From NCBI GenBank assembly GCA_008632985.1, contig QPGO01000303.1:1-64000 (forward strand): a stretch of DNA of 64,000 nucleotides. The letters are read 5' to 3'. The number at the start of each line of letters is the position of its first letter. Position 1 is the stretch's first letter. This stretch comes from Psammoneis japonica. Taxonomy: Eukaryota. Below the pieces are notes generated by a model. It saw only the letters and a list, made by a program, of their open reading frames with translations, searched no databases and was not told the origin of the DNA. Shown here one piece after another: positions 23,558 through 35,300 of this stretch. The position numbers and the translations under genes are program-made.

Positions 23558-24847
23558 ATGGCGTCCCGACGGAGGGTAAGCAGCAGCTTACACTTTTCAC
23601 AATGGGTGATTGTCTCTATGACACTGTTACTGGTCAGTATGGGGGCAAAAGTCGCTTCCCAGGACGTGGATAGTGGCGATAAGACGTGTTCCAACTCAGA
23701 CGATGAAGAAACATGCCGCAAGGCAGCAGAAATTGACCATGGCGTACCACAAAAGCAAAACGAAGAGGCTACACGCCAAGTTGTTCAAGAAACAATCGAT
23801 TACCTTCAGAATACAGTATACGCTGATTCTGAGTATGAATCGATACGTAGCAGGTGTAAGAATGAACACGAGGAATGCTCTTATTGGGCGAGCATTGGAG
23901 AGTGCGAAAAGAATCCCACTTATATGAATTCACAATGTTCTGCAGCCTGCCAAACGTGTGACATGCTGATCAACGTTGCTCAGAGGTGCAAATGGGATCC
24001 TAGTAAACCACAAGCATGGAAACATGGCGATTTGAATCGCATGTTTGAGCGCATAATGACCGACCCTGATCTAATCGAAAAATACAGTCCAACCATTTTG
24101 TCACAGCCTTCCGAAAACAAGGACGAAGACGGGCCTTGGATCATTACTCTTGATAACTTTATTTCAGAATCAGAGTGTGATTATCTCATTCAAGCGGGTA
24201 TGGACATTGGATACGAGCGATCCATGGGTGGAGCCGCCGAGAAGGGTGAAAACGGAGAATACCTGAGCACCGTGTCCGAGTACCGCACATCGTACCAGAC
24301 GTGGTGCTTTGACGAGTGCTATGAGAGTGAAGCAGCCCGAAATGTTTCGGCTCGCATTGAACACGTGACGGGGGTTGCGGAAATGCATTCCGAGTACTTG
24401 CAATTGCTTCGATACCAACCTGGTCAGTACTACAAAGTTCACGGTGACTTTATCGATGTTCAGGTGGAACGGCCCATGGGACCGAGGCTCTTGACTGTTT
24501 TCCTCTACTTGAATGAGCCAAAAGAAGGCGGAGGCACAAGCTTTCCGAACCTTGGTCCCCTGACGGTTCAACCAAAACGTGGTCGAGCCCTGATTTGGCC
24601 ATCGGTGTTGAATAAAGATTTTACTACACCTGATACAAGAACGGACCACGAGGTATGTTTGGGCGCTTGTTCTGGATTCATTGAAAATGACAACAGTAAT
24701 ACGTGCTCACAACACATTTTTTCTTATTTCTGCAAACAAAATATTCAGGCGTTACCTGTCATTGCTGGTGAGAAGTATAGTGTCAATGCGTGGTTACACC
24801 TGGGAGACTTCAAGGATGCCTATGAACGAAGCTGCAGCTACAATTAG
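23558..24847 (+). CDS. ShKT-prolyl 4-hydroxylase copy 3 (more divergent; one ShKT; intron 24653-24748)
   Basis: Signal peptide after MASRRR, one ShKT domain, and HGD, RLLTVFLYLN and GGGTSFP motifs. A 96-nt GTATGT...TTCAG intron splits the HE|ALPV motif. Confidence 0.88.
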   Translation: MASRRRVSSSLHFSQWVIVSMTLLLVSMGAKVASQDVDSGDKTCSNSDDEETCRKAAEIDHGVPQKQNEEATRQVVQETIDYLQNTVYADSEYESIRSRCKNEHEECSYWASIGECEKNPTYMNSQCSAACQTCDMLINVAQRCKWDPSKPQAWKHGDLNRMFERIMTDPDLIEKYSPTILSQPSENKDEDGPWIITLDNFISESECDYLIQAGMDIGYERSMGGAAEKGENGEYLSTVSEYRTSYQTWCFDECYESEAARNVSARIEHVTGVAEMHSEYLQLLRYQPGQYYKVHGDFIDVQVERPMGPRLLTVFLYLNEPKEGGGTSFPNLGPLTVQPKRGRALIWPSVLNKDFTTPDTRTDHEVCLGACSGFIENDNSNTCSQHIFSYFCKQNIQALPVIAGEKYSVNAWLHLGDFKDAYERSCSYN

Positions 24848-25077
24848 AAACACTCGCATGTACATCGCATGTCGACGGAGAAGAAGTAGAAGAGAGTGAG
24901 CAACGACGACTACGATCCTACAGCCTGCTCTAGCTAGCGTGAGAGCTGTTGCATAGGGAACACTAGACATCGGTAGATCTTATTCATGAACTAGGTTAAA
25001 CAAAGAAGGTGCAGTCTCGCGCATTTAACAAGTTCTGGAGTCATCCAAACCGTGCGCACAAAGAAATGGAGGCTCCA

Positions 25078-26791
25078 TCACCCGTCCTCCGCCAAACCAT
25101 TTCGAAAGGCGCACTTTTCATATTCAACACGGGTCGCACACACGTACTTGTGCTTCCCATCGGCAGCAATCTTGGTCAATTCATCAAACTCTTTGTGCCA
25201 CTCGGGTGTGGACAAGTTGTAGCCCAACTTGGGCAACAAATCCGACGGATTGAACCCTTTCAATTTTTCCTCAGTCTTAGGCTCACAAATAAAGCACAAC
25301 AAGTGCAGACTGACGTGGGTTGGAATGGATGTGTTGTCCTTGTAGTTGGTGTGCTTGAGGAGCCAACAACGCGCTTCCCCGGGGATGGCATTTTTGCACA
25401 TGCCACAGCGCCGCCCAGCTCGACGGGTCGAGCGTCGAGTTGGAGTATTGTCCTGAGTTTCATTGTCACCATTCCAATCCCTTGGTGTTTCTTCTTCAGT
25501 TGAATCCGTCGCATCATCAGAGGCGATGTCCCCGCTAGTCTGGACACCAACAGAGGAACCAGCGCGAGGCAAGAAGGCCGGGAGATCATTCTGAAGGTCC
25601 CCGGGGGTACGAGCAACGTTGTCGTCCTGAAAGTTTCTAGCCGCAGCAGCTTCCACATCATTTTGATGCAAAGTTTGAAAATTGAGGCGGTTGAAGAAGT
25701 CCGTGGCGATGGCAAGGCCGTTGCAGAAAGAGGACACAGTGACGGACCCAATCTTGACGAGTGCTTGGCCTCGTGCGTCCGACGAGTTCAGCACATAGGG
25801 CTTGAAGCTGCAAACCAAAGTTTGCGCTGCCTTGACAATGGCGAAATAAGCACTAACGGTTAACAAGGCGGAGAGGACCACCACACAAACCAAATTAAAA
25901 TCGAGGTTTGAGGACTCGCTTGGCCATTGGCACGTCAATACCTTTGTAAATAACGGAGAGCAGAAGTTTGTAAGGAACGTCAAAAGCTGAAAATTGCACA
26001 AAACAAAAGACACTATGTGAAACAGACCTTGAGCGCATTGATGAAATCCACTGCCGTCAGCGGCCCCAGCATCATGAGGAGACAAAAACGGACTTGTCTT
26101 TGGGGCGATGTAAACAAAAAGTTGATGCACTGAGTGCCAACTACGAGGACCGACGAGATGGTGCTTGAAGGAGGAAATACAATGGCAGGAGGAAAGAAGG
26201 GCACTTCTAACTGAAAGAGCCGAGACATCTTGAGCAAGACCCGAACCATCAACGACTGTTCCATCAGGGCCTTGAGAAGGACTCCGACAAACTTCGCACA
26301 AGGAACCCGTACCAAGAAGCACTCGCAAATGGAATCGAGATGCTCGTAGAAGCAGTGACCGAGTAATCCATACAAAAGCCCAAGCTTGATCATGCGGAAA
26401 GTTTGATGAGAATCATACTCGTACCAAACATGAGAGCAGGCGGAATCGTCATGGGAATCCTTGTCTTGCGAGCCAATCTGGATCCACACGTCGACACACG
26501 CGAAGACAATCACGCTTGAAAGTAAAGAACGCGACAAATTGCCAGTAAAGAAAGACTCTGAGAGACCGCAACAGTCATCCTTGGGAGTAGGAGGAATGTC
26601 TTGCTCTTGAGTTTCGATGGTGTCATCATCTTCGGAGAGGACAGTCCCGAATTTTTGTGTGTTCTCTTGAGGAGCAGGAATGTCTTGCTCAAGAGTTTCA
26701 ATGGCTGACCCAGAAGAGTGTGCATTCTCTTGCTCGTCCCAACCACGCTTATTGTCTGACTCTCCCCTCTGCTCTATGTAGGGGGCTGACA
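25078..26791 (-). CDS. Membrane protein with divergent Mpv17/PMP22-like region and C-terminal CxxC...HxxC motif (intron 26027-25942; may start at 27036)
   Basis: D..IQ, YD...TFRM..LGLLYGLLGHCFYEHLD, K..MEQ and Q.INF pattern. A phase-0 GT-AG intron links ORF 26013-26843 to ORF 25078-26328. Confidence 0.45.
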
Positions 26792-27109
26792 TGGCCTTCG
26801 TTTCGAAGGAATCGCAACCGTTGCGTCGGGAGTGGTAACGCACGAGAATGATGGGAGGCGGTGTTATTGGCTTCCTGTGTTACCATGATGGGAATGCTTT
26901 CGCCATTCCCACTGGGCTGCGGCGCAAGAGGCACGTTTCGTTGTGACGCAGGTCCCGCTGGACGAACCTCACGTCTACGCTTCTGCTGCGCACCACCATC
27001 GTTACCTGCCTTTCGCTTCTGCCGTGATACGACCATCTTGCCGAACAGAAAACAAAGAAAGGCTATCTATTCAGTTCAATTCAATCCAAAATGCTATGCA
27101 ACCAAGCTG

Positions 27110-27632
27110 CTCTAGCGTACAGCAGACGTATAGTGCGATCGTTCGATCCTCTCTCAAGATTATGAACTTGTTGCTGCAAGTCTTGTTGACTCGAACATAG
27201 TTCTTCCGCCAAAGTTCACTTCTCTCGAAAGCTTCAGTTGTGAATTACATATCCTGTTTTGAAGTATCGTTGTTCTCTAAGGTATGGCTCTTCTGTATGT
27301 GCAGCCTCGCGAAAAATTCCAAACACATGATGGATTCTCAGGAGTCAAGCCGTTTTGAATGGTGTAGCCTCTAGAACAGCAGACGTAGAGTGCGATCGCT
27401 TGATCCCCTCTCCAGATTATGAACTTGTTGCTGTAAGTCTTGTTAACTCGAACATAGTTCTTCCGCCAATGTTCACTTCTCTCGAAAGCGTCAGTTGTGA
27501 ATTGCATATCCTGTTATGAAGTAACGTTGCTCTCCAAAGTATCGCTCTTTTGCATGTGCAGCCTCTCGAAAAATTCCAAACACATGATGGATGGATTCTC
27601 AGGAATCATGAAGCCGTTCCGAATCGAGTAGC
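27110..27632. repeat. Diverged tandem duplication of about 257 bp, non-coding
   Basis: AGCAGACGTA.AGTGCGATCG...GAACATAGTTCTTCCGCCAA...AAATTCCAAACACATGATGG occurs at 27121 and 27378. Confidence 0.85.
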
Positions 27633-28225
27633 GTTGATTCAAAGATGTACAGAGTCCCAACTGTTTGATTCGGTGAAATACTCTACTGGGATAATAAGCA
27701 CTGTCTCCCTTCAAACAAATAAGTCCGGTTGAGATCCTTATTAATGTTCAATGTAAGACTTTAAGGATGCATATTAGCACGAAGCCGCAATTACAACTAG
27801 AAACATCCGTCTTCTATAGCTGGAGGTCTCGTTCGAATCGGTCACTCTACCAGCTTTAATAAGCTAGATACGGAAAGGATGTAAATGTTCGTGCTTCACT
27901 TCTCTAGTCTCTTCCATCATAAGTGAGGTCAAAGCGCTCGACACAATTCCGCGCTCGTTTCTTCTTGGATTACCTTTGTCCATCTCTAGATAATTTTTTT
28001 GGTTTCTTGCGGCAAAGATCTAGAGAAAAGGAGCCTTCAGATGCCTCAAAAACCAAGCCGCTCCTTTAGAAGTTGGGCATATTCTCCGGAAATAGTGTCT
28101 GCTATTCCTGAATCGCTGTGTCTACTCCATACGTAGCACCTTCCATGTGATCTTCATCATGAAGAATGTTACCAAGACTAGAATCTATTATCATTCCGAA
28201 ACAAGATGCCCAGTATATAATACTA

Positions 28226-28954
28226 CTACAACTGCTTCGGTAGCTGAGCAACCTCCTGCAAAAACCGAGTCCGCTCCTCCTTGCTCGCAGTATCCACTCC
28301 GTACAATCCCAACCACTGAACGGTCGCATTTGGGCATACGGAATGCCGAATAGCATTGGAAATCATTCGCCGGCCATTGTCTCCCGCCATTGTGACAATG
28401 GCACGAGTCGCTCCATAGGTGGAAATGCCAACGATGCGTTCAACGTTGTTTAGCTTGGGCACGAGTCCGAGCGTCGCTGCTCGTCCTTCGGTCGAGGGAA
28501 ATTCCCATGTCTCTCCCGACACGAGCGTTCGATCAAAGAATCCCTTCAGACTTGCAGGAGTGTTCATCCACCAGGTTGGATACACCAACACCAACGTGTC
28601 GCACCACTTCACCAGATCTAAATGCGTCTGTACTTCCTTCGAGAGTATCTTTTGATCAGAAAAGTAATTTTCTCGCTCATACTGACTCATATTTGGACGG
28701 TAACATTTCGAAGGATCGCCATGCTCATACTTGTAAAGTGAGATTCGTTCCACCGTGTGGCCAGCATCGACGGCGGCTCTTTCAAAGGTGTCGGCAATAC
28801 ACGCACTCAAACTGTCTGGAACGGGGTGAGAATGGACCATTAGAATGCGCCTCTGTTCCAATTTTTCGGGAGGCGGAGGAGGGATATAAGAGCTCAACTG
28901 ATTCAGCTTAGTATGGACAAGGCGGACGCCGGGGATGCTGTAAAGAAGCGCCAT
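28226..28954 (-). CDS. Flavodoxin-fold NAD(P)H dehydrogenase (quinone), MdaB/NQO-like
   Basis: VHSHP..DSLS, D.LVLVYPTWW...PASLKGFFDR and STYG motifs. Confidence 0.88.
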   Translation of the reverse strand: MALLYSIPGVRLVHTKLNQLSSYIPPPPPEKLEQRRILMVHSHPVPDSLSACIADTFERAAVDAGHTVERISLYKYEHGDPSKCYRPNMSQYERENYFSDQKILSKEVQTHLDLVKWCDTLVLVYPTWWMNTPASLKGFFDRTLVSGETWEFPSTEGRAATLGLVPKLNNVERIVGISTYGATRAIVTMAGDNGRRMISNAIRHSVCPNATVQWLGLYGVDTASKEERTRFLQEVAQLPKQL

Positions 28955-28999
28955 CGTCGAAGGGAGCGTTTGGCTTCAGATCCTGAAGATTTTTGTAAT

Positions 29000-30190
29000 T
29001 GCGCGTGGCGCGTGTTTTGTGCGACATGGCAGCCCGCTCTGGCCTGCGGTCAAAGCCGTTTTCAATCCAAGCAAGGGTCAAAAGGCATTGCTCAAATGGC
29101 GTTGGCAGCTGTCCACAAAGTTCGTGCATTGGCTCTTCATGATCCAGCCAGCACATTGCATGGACAAACTCATTGTGACATCATGTGTCGCCAGTCACAG
29201 ACATCCGATTGATTCCAACAACATGCTTCGCCTTCAACAGGGTGTCAACATGTCAGGTTCATCTGACCCAGTGGCAGGTGGCTCGCTCTTTTTGTCCTCA
29301 CACAAATTCATCAAGCAAACAGTGTGCTCCATCAGATCAATCTGCTTGTCAACTGGTGAGGCGGACTGGCTGGGTGGTCTTTTGTCGCTTTGCTTGGGGT
29401 GTTCATTCATGCCGACATTGTCCTCGACGGTTGCACTGCAATCATGCCACTTGCACCTCCTCCTTGAGACTGCCTCCACAATCTTGTCCTCCAATGATTT
29501 TTGGTGCCATAGCATCTTCAAGTCATCAGCTGCCTGAACATGGCTCAGCACCACAGCGCGCTGATCATCGCCACGACGTCAGCCTTCTTTGGTGTGACCA
29601 TTGCCAACACAAATCTTCTTGTGAACAAATTGATGTGGAATCATGTGAGTGCACTTGCAGCACTTCAATGCCAGGTCATGTGCCTTCTTCTTGATGACAG
29701 CCAGGTGGAAATGATGCCAAGAAGCTGCATTCTTGGCCTTGCACTTGGGGCAATTGACAGGGCTTTGCTCGCAGCAGGTTGAGACCCTTGACTGCGTTTG
29801 TCAAAAATCTCTTTGCTTGTGTCACCCAATGTCTGCTTGCCACTGGGGTGATCAACACAACAGTCAAACTTGGATTGCTTCAGCTTGCCGAAGATCTGCT
29901 TTCTCACACCTTCCCTCACCACTGGCATTTGGGCACACGAGCCTTGAATGTCACCGAGACTCCCAAACGCTTCAGAGATTTTCTTGCAGGAAGCCTGCCA
30001 CAAACGCATTTGTGAGATGACATGTTGCCACTCCCAAAAAGCAGGGGATGAACTCCAACCCATTAGTGCTTTCCGTCATCGACAACAACTGCCAGCACAG
30101 GCAACAGGCTCTTCACGATGCTGTCGCTGTTGAACAGCACACAAATGCACAAATTGTGGGGGACAATCTGGAAAGACGCTGACTCCGTCA
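29000..30190. other. Isolated 1.2-kb TpA-depleted island (probable decayed insertion)
   Basis: Only two TA seen between 28997 and 30192; TG/CA-rich and flanked by normal-composition DNA. Confidence 0.65.
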
Positions 30191-30777
30191 TGTAACAATC
30201 ACAATTTTCCAAAATTCATATCGGGAGCACATGGCAGGCATGCCGAACCATCGTGATGTGATGTTTGCTTTGCGGCGGGAGAGGCGCGAAAATTTCGCAG
30301 TTGCTTCCGCACTGCAACTATTAGCGCGCAACACTCGCATTCAACATTATTCGGTACTATCATATTGTATTACGGTATACCGCCGCTGCTGCGAATTCTC
30401 ATTGAGACAGGTTTATGTTTTGTCTATGTATCTACTGGCTGATCATGCTGCCAATGGGCTGGATATTAATCTCGTTGTGATCAATGTACAGCAGCTTCAA
30501 AAGTGATGCAACCTACAGTTGAGGTGTTTAGTTCGAGGTCGGTACTTGCGCACCCTCTAGCTAGCGATCTCGAGCGCACCACTGTTGTCTTCCGAGCCGA
30601 CAAAGGCGTGTCACAAATCAATGTCTATGTCAAAGACATACTGCAGCAGGGTACCTATTACCAAGATGTACCCAGGCCATCAATCTGATACCGAGACATC
30701 CTCCCAGGTTCCACCAATCAAATTGGTTGAATTAACCTAAGTAGAATACCCGTTGCTTGCTCATTACAACTTTCTTG

Positions 30778-31971
30778 CTAACCCCTCATATAAGGAACAA
30801 TGTGCTTTGAAGCAAATGAGCGAACGATTTCGTACTGTTCACTTTCGTCAACCATATCTAACAGGTCGAGTTCGTTCGCAACGTCTCTGTCAGCTGGTGG
30901 TGCAAATAGACTCAACGCACTGGCCATGCTCATTTGAGCACCTTCACCCCCATCAGCAGCGCCTTGCTTGTTTTGCTGTATTCGACCACCACTTCCTGAG
31001 GAAGAGCCAGTATCAGTTCCAGGTGTTGAATGCTGGTCTACCCCATCTGATCGTGAACGCTTTGAATCATGGTCCTTCGAGTGGTTATCATCACGATCAA
31101 ATTCCCTTCGCGCCCTCTTGTTCTTGACGACATCATCCAAAACCGCCTGAAATGGTTGCCGATCAGCAAAGGTGGTCGGGAGGGTGTCTCTAACTGAAGT
31201 GTCGTAAAGGCTATCAAGAAGATATTTTGCAGCCGCTGTGGCTTCTCCACCATCAAGACAGAGCTTATATAGAGCCATCTTTAAATCATCCTCACCTCTT
31301 GCAAACCAAAAGAACGTCCACTTCTGGTTTAAATCTGTCAACACGGAAACAACGGCATGGTTGAGATTTAAATAAGACGCTGCAAAATGTTCACCAATCG
31401 TCTTTGGAGTGTGGTCCTTTTCTCGCAAGTTCTCGGGTGTCTTCAGCTCAAGTAGAGCTTCAATGTTGTTCCGAATTGCTGCGTTGCGAACGTGTTCTAT
31501 TTTTGCGATTACAACATCCGTAGTTCCACTTATTTTTCGGCTCTCCGTCAATTCCCTGAGTAGTTCTACCGTTAACAGCTTCCTGTTTGACTGGGCATCC
31601 GCCAAATCATAACGAGCTGGTATCTGTAGCATATTCTTGAGGTAAGACATATATGCTGTTCGATTTTCCATACAATCTTCGTAACCTGTCTGCCACGAAA
31701 ACCCATCGATGTGCTGCGAAAGAGCAGGTTTATTTGACCAAGAGGCCCCTTTCACAGGCAAAACAAGCATGTCCATCAGGTCATTCTGTGCTTCATACGT
31801 TGCATCTGAAAGCACAATTGTTTTCTTTTTCCTTAAATAATCTTCCGCCATAAGCTCAAGACCGGCCTTCGCCGTTTCAGAAAATTGCGGCGGTTGCAGC
31901 AGCTGCTGCTGCTGCTGCTGCTGCTGCTGTTTGAAGTGATTGAGGAGCGTCTTGCCGAGTATCACGGTCAT
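30778..31971 (-). CDS. Crinkler-like protein with PD-(D/E)XK nuclease-type domain; present start codon lies in the gypsy LTR
   Basis: ISGTTDVVI...LLELK and VLTDLNQKWTFFWF motifs resemble CRN C-terminal REase domains; polyQ from a CAG run at about 31897-31929. Confidence 0.6.
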   Translation of the reverse strand: MTVILGKTLLNHFKQQQQQQQQQLLQPPQFSETAKAGLELMAEDYLRKKKTIVLSDATYEAQNDLMDMLVLPVKGASWSNKPALSQHIDGFSWQTGYEDCMENRTAYMSYLKNMLQIPARYDLADAQSNRKLLTVELLRELTESRKISGTTDVVIAKIEHVRNAAIRNNIEALLELKTPENLREKDHTPKTIGEHFAASYLNLNHAVVSVLTDLNQKWTFFWFARGEDDLKMALYKLCLDGGEATAAAKYLLDSLYDTSVRDTLPTTFADRQPFQAVLDDVVKNKRARREFDRDDNHSKDHDSKRSRSDGVDQHSTPGTDTGSSSGSGGRIQQNKQGAADGGEGAQMSMASALSLFAPPADRDVANELDLLDMVDESEQYEIVRSFASKHIVPYMRG

Positions 31972-32243
31972 CTATATTCATTCGTATATTCATTCGTGGG
32001 TGTCAGCCTGGTGTCAAAAGTGTCAAAAGGATGTCAACGATGACACTTTCTAGAAACCTCTTCTCCTTTCTCGATACATCTCGATGCCTCTCGAAAGATT
32101 GTTTCTTTATATTTCTACGCGGTTTCTTAGTATTAATTCTACGTGATTTCGGAGTAGCCGAATCTCTTTCATTTCTTCTCACAACATTAGCAACAGTCAA
32201 CTTTACAACACTACTTTGTGCTATTACTTGGCGCCACTTGGCA
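31953..32243 (+). repeat. 5' LTR of gypsy element (TpA-retaining copy)
   Basis: Colinear with 36565-36855; 15 substitutions, no indel. Confidence 0.95.
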
Positions 32244-32316
32244 TAGTAAATTTACTCCCAAACACTTATTCATCTCTCTTGAGATATATCTACCGATCAT
32301 ATTGTCCTGACCAGAC

Positions 32317-35300
32317 ATGTCAGCAGAAAACTGCCCATTCGAACTCAAGCGTCCTGACCGCTCTGAGGAAGAGCGACGCAAAGACCAACTCGTGTCTTTT
32401 GAAAGCCCCATTGATCCTGACGATCCAGATGGGCTTAAAACTACGATCGAGGTACGCAAGTTAGCTTCAACTGAACCGGAAGATGTTCTTACCTTCTGGT
32501 CAAACTTCGATGAACTTGTCAACGATCTCGGCACGGCTGAAGGACAGCCACGTTTCCGGCTCGTGACCAGACTTATGACCGGAACACCAAAAGACGACTG
32601 GGAAATCGTCGTAAACGAGTGCGAAAACCGCGACCAAGTTACATTCGACACTTGTCGTGAAGAATTTCCACTCCAATGCGTGGACAGAGAAATTGCCCTT
32701 GACACTGAGGAATGGCTTCAAAGCCTTGAGAAACCCAGGAACCAAACTGTCAAGTCATTTGTTAATGACATCCGTCGCTTTAATGAGTTGATTGATGTCA
32801 TGCCTGCGCCAACCGAAGATGACGCCGAAAGAGTTCTGTCATTCACGGAAGCGGAGTTGTCCGTGATCCTTCGAAAATGTGGACCAAGATCATGGGCCGA
32901 AACTCAGACTGAAGCCCGTCTTCGCAACTTAAACTTGAACGACCAAGCTCAATGCTACGAGACTCTCCGACGTATGGAACAACGTGGTGACAAAGGGTCT
33001 GCCGACAACAACAGACGCAACAACAATCGGAGTCGACGCAACAACGGTTGAAACACGCATCGCGGCCAGAATGACGACCAAAATCGCGACACCAGGAACA
33101 GGAACCAAAACAATCATGAACAAACATGTCCAATCCATGGCGTTGTACATCCGAACGGTCAAGAGTGCAATGTCATCCGTCGTGAACGTGAAAATTATGA
33201 GCGGAACCGCGCAAATCGGAACGCGCTGAATCAACAAAACAACTCTCGAAACGAGCCGACACACCGCTGTCCTACACGGAGCCGCACACGGAACGTCGAA
33301 AACAACAATGTGGACTCCAAAGCCAGTCGTTCCGCTTCTAACGATGTCGACAGCGTCGCGTCAGATGATGTCAACGACATTTTTGAAGACGTCACGTCTC
33401 TTCCAGACGATTCCATTGAATCCGAAGTAGAAGACAATCTCACCACGGAAGCGCGTGTCCAGATGATTGATGCTCATTCTGGAATGCACAAGTTCCGTGT
33501 TGCTTTACTCGATGCCGGCGCAAATCGCAATTTTGTGAAGCGCTCAGCCCTTCGCGGGATTCCTCACAAAATCCGTAAATGTGACGTTCCCGTTAAAGGC
33601 CGTTACAGTGCCGTTGATCTACACGAGATTGCGACGCTGACATTGAAGTTCCCAGACTTCGCATCGTCCAAGAAGGTTTCCGTCGATGCTCATGTGGAAG
33701 ACAAAGCCGCAGGAAAACACGACATTATCATCGGAAGAAAAACCGCCACAGAAATGGGACTCGTTTTTGATTTTCGACATCAAACAATCACGTGGGACGA
33801 TGTCACCCTATCCATGCGATCCAAGGGCTCTTTCGACCAAGTCGAAGTTAATGCAATTCATCCCGGCGATGCTGAATTACCCAAGTTCTTCCAGAATGCC
33901 GTCAACCGTCAGGTTCGAGGTATGACGAGCAATGCGTGCGACAAGCACAATTGTCGCGACATGGTTCTATGCTGCAAACACCTTGACAACGATCAACAGC
34001 ACCAACTCATCAAACTCTTCGGACGATGCCCGCAATCATTCGATGGTGCACTTGGAGCTGCACCCGGTAAACCCGTCCATTTGACCCTGAAACCAGGATC
34101 GCGTCCACACTGTGCGAAAGCTCACACCATTCCGCAAGCGTCACATCCCATGGCTCGCAAAGAAGTGGATGAATTGGAAAAAATCGATGTCATTACGCGC
34201 AAACTTCACTCTCCTTGGGGCGCATCCTGTCTTTTCCGATCGAAGAAAAGCGGTGGCATCCGTTTCTTATCCGATTTACGGAAACTCAACGAGTGTCTCG
34301 AACGGCATCCACATCCACTGCCTGTTGTCGACGACGTGGCATGGAAAATGAACGGCTTTACCTGTGCGACATGTTTGGACCTCAACCGAGGCTACTGTCA
34401 CTTCGTGCTTGACGACGAGTCGAAAAAACTCTGCGGCATCATCCTGCCGTGGGGCAAGCATTGCCACAACCGCCTGCCGCAAGGAATCAAACCGGCAAGC
34501 GATGTTTTTCAAGCTTACATGACAGATGTTTTTCATGACATGGAAGACATCATAGTCTACATCGACAATGTCATCCTCTTTACCAAGAACAACTTCAACC
34601 ATCACTGTCAACGACTCGAACTCGTCTTGCAACGGCTCCTCGCGAACAATCTTCACGCACATGTCGAAGAATCCTATCTCGCCGCCAAGACCGTCGACTG
34701 CTCAGGCCACACCATGACTGCAAAAGGCACTCAGCCTCAGAAAAAGAAAATCCTACCCTCACTTTTTCGCTTTGCTCGCCCTCAAAACCGTCGACAATTA
34801 CGTGGTTTCATCGGGTTCGTGAATTGTTGCAAGAAATTGTGGCACCGACGCAGCCACACTCTTACGCCCTTAACTGCGCTGTCATCAGACAAAGTCAAAT
34901 TCAAGTGGACTGACGTCCACACGGAAGCTTTCAATCAGATGAAAAAAATTGTGGCGCGCGAAATCCTCCTCCGATTCCCCGACTTCTCTCAACCTTTCAA
35001 GATCTATCCGGATGCGAGTGATCATCAACTTGGTGCAGTGATCACTCAAGATTTTGACGATGGCGAATGGCCAATTGCGTTCTACAGCCGAAAATTATCT
35101 CAAGCACAACGAAACTGCACGACAATGGAAAAAGAGCCACTGTCGCTCGTGGAAACGACCGAAAATTTCAAAAGCATCCTTTTTGGTCATCGATGCTACC
35201 TGTTTGCCGATCACAAAAATCTTGCATTTGACAAATTCAAGTCAGAACGCGTCAAACGCTGGCGTTTACTTCTCGAGGAGTGCGATTACTCTTTCGAGTA

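Noticed and set aside
27110..27632. CRISPR-like or RNA-gene array
   Set aside because: Only two long diverged copies with no spacers; an ordinary tandem duplication.
32229..32260. tRNA primer-binding site for the gypsy element
   Set aside because: TGGCGCC lies inside both LTRs, and the sequence after the LTR is a short palindrome (AGTAAATTTACT). No primer can be assigned by eye.
33049..33051. Read-through stop in gypsy gag
   Set aside because: It falls in an Arg/Asn-rich tract before the knuckle motif; a CGA>TGA change is simpler.
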